Made by a program: the position numbers and the translations under genes. The notes under the pieces were generated by a model. That model saw only the letters and a list, made by a program, of their open reading frames with translations, ran no database searches and was not told the DNA's origin. 64,000 nucleotides of DNA, from NCBI GenBank assembly GCA_963733035.1, contig CAVTBU010000006.1, forward strand, positions 544,001 to 608,000. The letters run 5' to 3'. Positions 61,850-64,000 of this stretch are shown here, one piece after another; position 1 is the stretch's first letter, and every line of letters begins with the position of its first letter. The stretch comes from Pirellulales bacterium. GTDB taxonomy: Bacteria > Planctomycetota > Planctomycetia > Pirellulales > PALSA-1355.

Positions 61850-63094
61850 ATGTCGATCGTACTTTTCGAGGACGACCGCGTCTGCCAGCTCGACCCCGTA
61901 GCGGTCGGTAAGCCCGCCTTTGCGATCAGTTGCGGTGCATATAGGCTCATCGACGTCGTGAGTTCCTGGAACGTCCCGTTACATGCCCGAGTGCGGCCAC
62001 ATCTGGAGCCGATTCTGGCAGCGGATTTTCCCAAGCTTGCGACGGGGCGGACCGCGGCAGACGAGGCTTCGCTGTGGTTGAATGCCCGAGCCGTTCCATC
62101 GGTTGCGACTCTCGAACCGTTGCTACGGCTCGTTCGCACGGGACAACCGGGAGTGATCCGCAACGGCCAGACCGTGGCAGCTGCGGTTCTACCGGCGGGA
62201 ACTTGTTTTGACGAGGACAATCGCGAGCCGCTCAACGTACTGGCCGAGCTTGAGCTGCCGGCGCTCGAATTGGAATTACCGGTTTTTGAGTATGCCCATG
62301 ACGTGATTCGGCATCATTTGAAAACGCTGGCGGGCAATTTGGAACATCGCCTCGCATTTGGAAGTTACCAGGAGTTGGCCGATGGCGTTTTCGCGGCGCC
62401 CGGAGCCGTACTGGGGCAGTACGTCGTCACCGATACCCGTCATGGGCCGATTGTCCTGGAGAGTGGAGCTTCGATTGGTCCTCACAGTTTACTCACCGGT
62501 CCGGTGCACGTGGGTCGCGCCGCGAGAGTACTTGAGCATGCCGCGCTTAAAGACTGCGTGGCGATCGGCCACACGGCGAAAATCGGTGGCGAGGTTGAGG
62601 CTTCGATTGTCGAGCCCTACACAAACAAGCAGCATCACGGTTTTTTGGGTCACAGTTACCTGGGAAGCTGGATCAACCTGGGCGCTGGCACATGCAACAG
62701 CAACCTGAAGAACACCTATGGCCAGGTAAACATGGAGTATCGAGGTCAGAAGGTGCCCACGGGCATGCAATTCGTCGGTGCCATTGTGGGCGACTACGCC
62801 AAGACGGCAATTAACACCGGGATTTTCACGGGCAAGACGATCGGCGTCTGCAGTATGGTCTATGGTTTTGTGACGACGAATGTGCCCGGTTTCGTGAACT
62901 ACGCCCGACTGTTCGGCCAGGTGACGGAGGCACCGGTCGATGTAATGGTCGCCACGCAGCGGCGGATGTTCGAGCGACGCGGCGTGCAACAGCGAGATTG
63001 CGACATTCAACTCCTACACGCGATGTACGAGCTCACGGGGCACGAGCGCAAACAATCGGGCGAGGCGTTGTCGCTCGAGCCGCTTTCGCTGTAA
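61850..63094 (+). CDS. Putative sugar-nucleotidyltransferase / GlmU-related hexapeptide-repeat protein
   Basis: IVLFED N-terminus; hexapeptide repeats; KIGGEVEAS, NKQHHGFLGHSY, NLGAGTCNSNLKNTY. Confidence 0.82.
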   Translation: MSIVLFEDDRVCQLDPVAVGKPAFAISCGAYRLIDVVSSWNVPLHARVRPHLEPILAADFPKLATGRTAADEASLWLNARAVPSVATLEPLLRLVRTGQPGVIRNGQTVAAAVLPAGTCFDEDNREPLNVLAELELPALELELPVFEYAHDVIRHHLKTLAGNLEHRLAFGSYQELADGVFAAPGAVLGQYVVTDTRHGPIVLESGASIGPHSLLTGPVHVGRAARVLEHAALKDCVAIGHTAKIGGEVEASIVEPYTNKQHHGFLGHSYLGSWINLGAGTCNSNLKNTYGQVNMEYRGQKVPTGMQFVGAIVGDYAKTAINTGIFTGKTIGVCSMVYGFVTTNVPGFVNYARLFGQVTEAPVDVMVATQRRMFERRGVQQRDCDIQLLHAMYELTGHERKQSGEALSLEPLSL

Positions 63095-63120
63095 CACAGC
63101 AGTCGATCGAGCGCCACGGA

Positions 63121-64000
63121 CTAGCGGTTCGACATGGCGGCGCCGACTAGCCCAATCACCGCCAGCGCGAGCAGCAGAAAATTGAACAGGCCGAACAGGC
63201 TGCCGCAGATGATTCCCGTCCAGGCATGAGCACCGCCGCGAACGGTCGGATCCTGTCGCACGCGGCGCAGTCCTTTGATTCCAAAGTAGATCGCCGTGAC
63301 GCCGAGTGGAAAACCCAGGAGCGGGAACAGCGCGAAAATGCCAAGGTAGTACGCGGCCAGCGCCGAGCCATTCTTGCTGGGGACGAATGTCTCGATGATT
63401 GAGTCGCCAGGGCCCGATTGATCTGGCCAAGTCGCGGTTAGTTCCGCTGTTGGTGAATGGTACGGGTTCGAATGATCGTTTCTTGTGGGTGCCATCGCGG
63501 GGTCCTGGTTGTCGACTTGAAGCGCCACTTCCGAGCCGAACGCAGCCACCACGCGCGGGCGGGTCATGAAGAACCACAAGAGCACTGGATGAATCAATCC
63601 AACGCAGCCGCCAATGCCCCCGCCGATTGCCCCTGCTAGCATTGCCATCTCTTCCGCCCCATTTTTTCCCGCAAGTTCGTCGAGCATGGGTGTCAAGACA
63701 AACATCCATTGCAAGATGAAGCTCACGACCGTCATGACCACGGCATACATCGCGTAGCCGATTGCCAAAACGCGTCCCCATGGCCGCATTCTCAGAAGCC
63801 CGATTCCCGACAGACCCAGTAACACGCTGCTGATAAGACCAGCAAACACGGCAAAACGAGTCCAGATTTCGTAGACAGGGCTTACAACAAAAGGTTGCGG
63901 CCGAGCAAAGACTCCTGAGAAAATGATGACAGCGGTGAACGCTACACCGAGCACTCCCAGGCCACCGAACACGAGGTTCAAGACTCCAAACACAGTAACC
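63121..64000 (-). CDS. Membrane protein with C-terminal DUF4190-like domain (5' end outside the window)
   Basis: Multiple TM helices; NPYHSP linker; ALAAYYLGIF...AIYFGIKGL...GGAHAWTGIICG; frame open to the window edge. Confidence 0.75.
   Translation of the reverse strand, partial: VTVFGVLNLVFGGLGVLGVAFTAVIIFSGVFARPQPFVVSPVYEIWTRFAVFAGLISSVLLGLSGIGLLRMRPWGRVLAIGYAMYAVVMTVVSFILQWMFVLTPMLDELAGKNGAEEMAMLAGAIGGGIGGCVGLIHPVLLWFFMTRPRVVAAFGSEVALQVDNQDPAMAPTRNDHSNPYHSPTAELTATWPDQSGPGDSIIETFVPSKNGSALAAYYLGIFALFPLLGFPLGVTAIYFGIKGLRRVRQDPTVRGGAHAWTGIICGSLFGLFNFLLLALAVIGLVGAAMSNR

Noticed and set aside
1..64000. CRISPR array, rRNA, transposase or integrase
   Set aside because: No regularly spaced repeats, rRNA-like stretch or recombinase motifs seen in the sequence or the ORF track.

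Overview
GC-rich bacterial chromosome segment with a Planctomycetota-type gene set: a PSCyt/PSD1 protein, two DUF1501 genes, a PVC-type heme-binding dehydrogenase, an ECF sigma plus Ser/Thr kinase pair, and a kinase fused to a solute-binding domain. About 55 genes are supported, including purE-purK, rluA, an RRM protein, a TreT-like glycosyltransferase and tRNA-Leu(CAA). No CRISPR array, rRNA, integrase or transposase was seen. Most notable: (1) a divergent enolase (SHRS->SARS, QE->QD) paired with an MtnK/APH-like kinase, a candidate uncharacterised phosphorylate-then-dehydrate module. (2) A six-gene hyf-like membrane complex whose large subunit lacks the Ni-binding CxxC motifs (Ehr type), preceded by a sigma54-like motif. 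(3) A ~4.6 kb integrase-less islet bounded by a 56-bp duplication of the tRNA-Leu 3' part; it carries an internal 43-bp direct repeat derived from a DUF1501 remnant. (4) A seven-gene cluster around a His-less, sensor-less histidine-kinase-like ATPase, divergent from a B12 radical SAM gene with a coupled basic small ORF. (5) Ten apparent frameshifts, nine at sites compatible with GCGCGC, suggesting a motif-specific (possibly methylation-related) sequencing artefact rather than true pseudogenes. All calls come from reading motifs by eye; no database searches were run.
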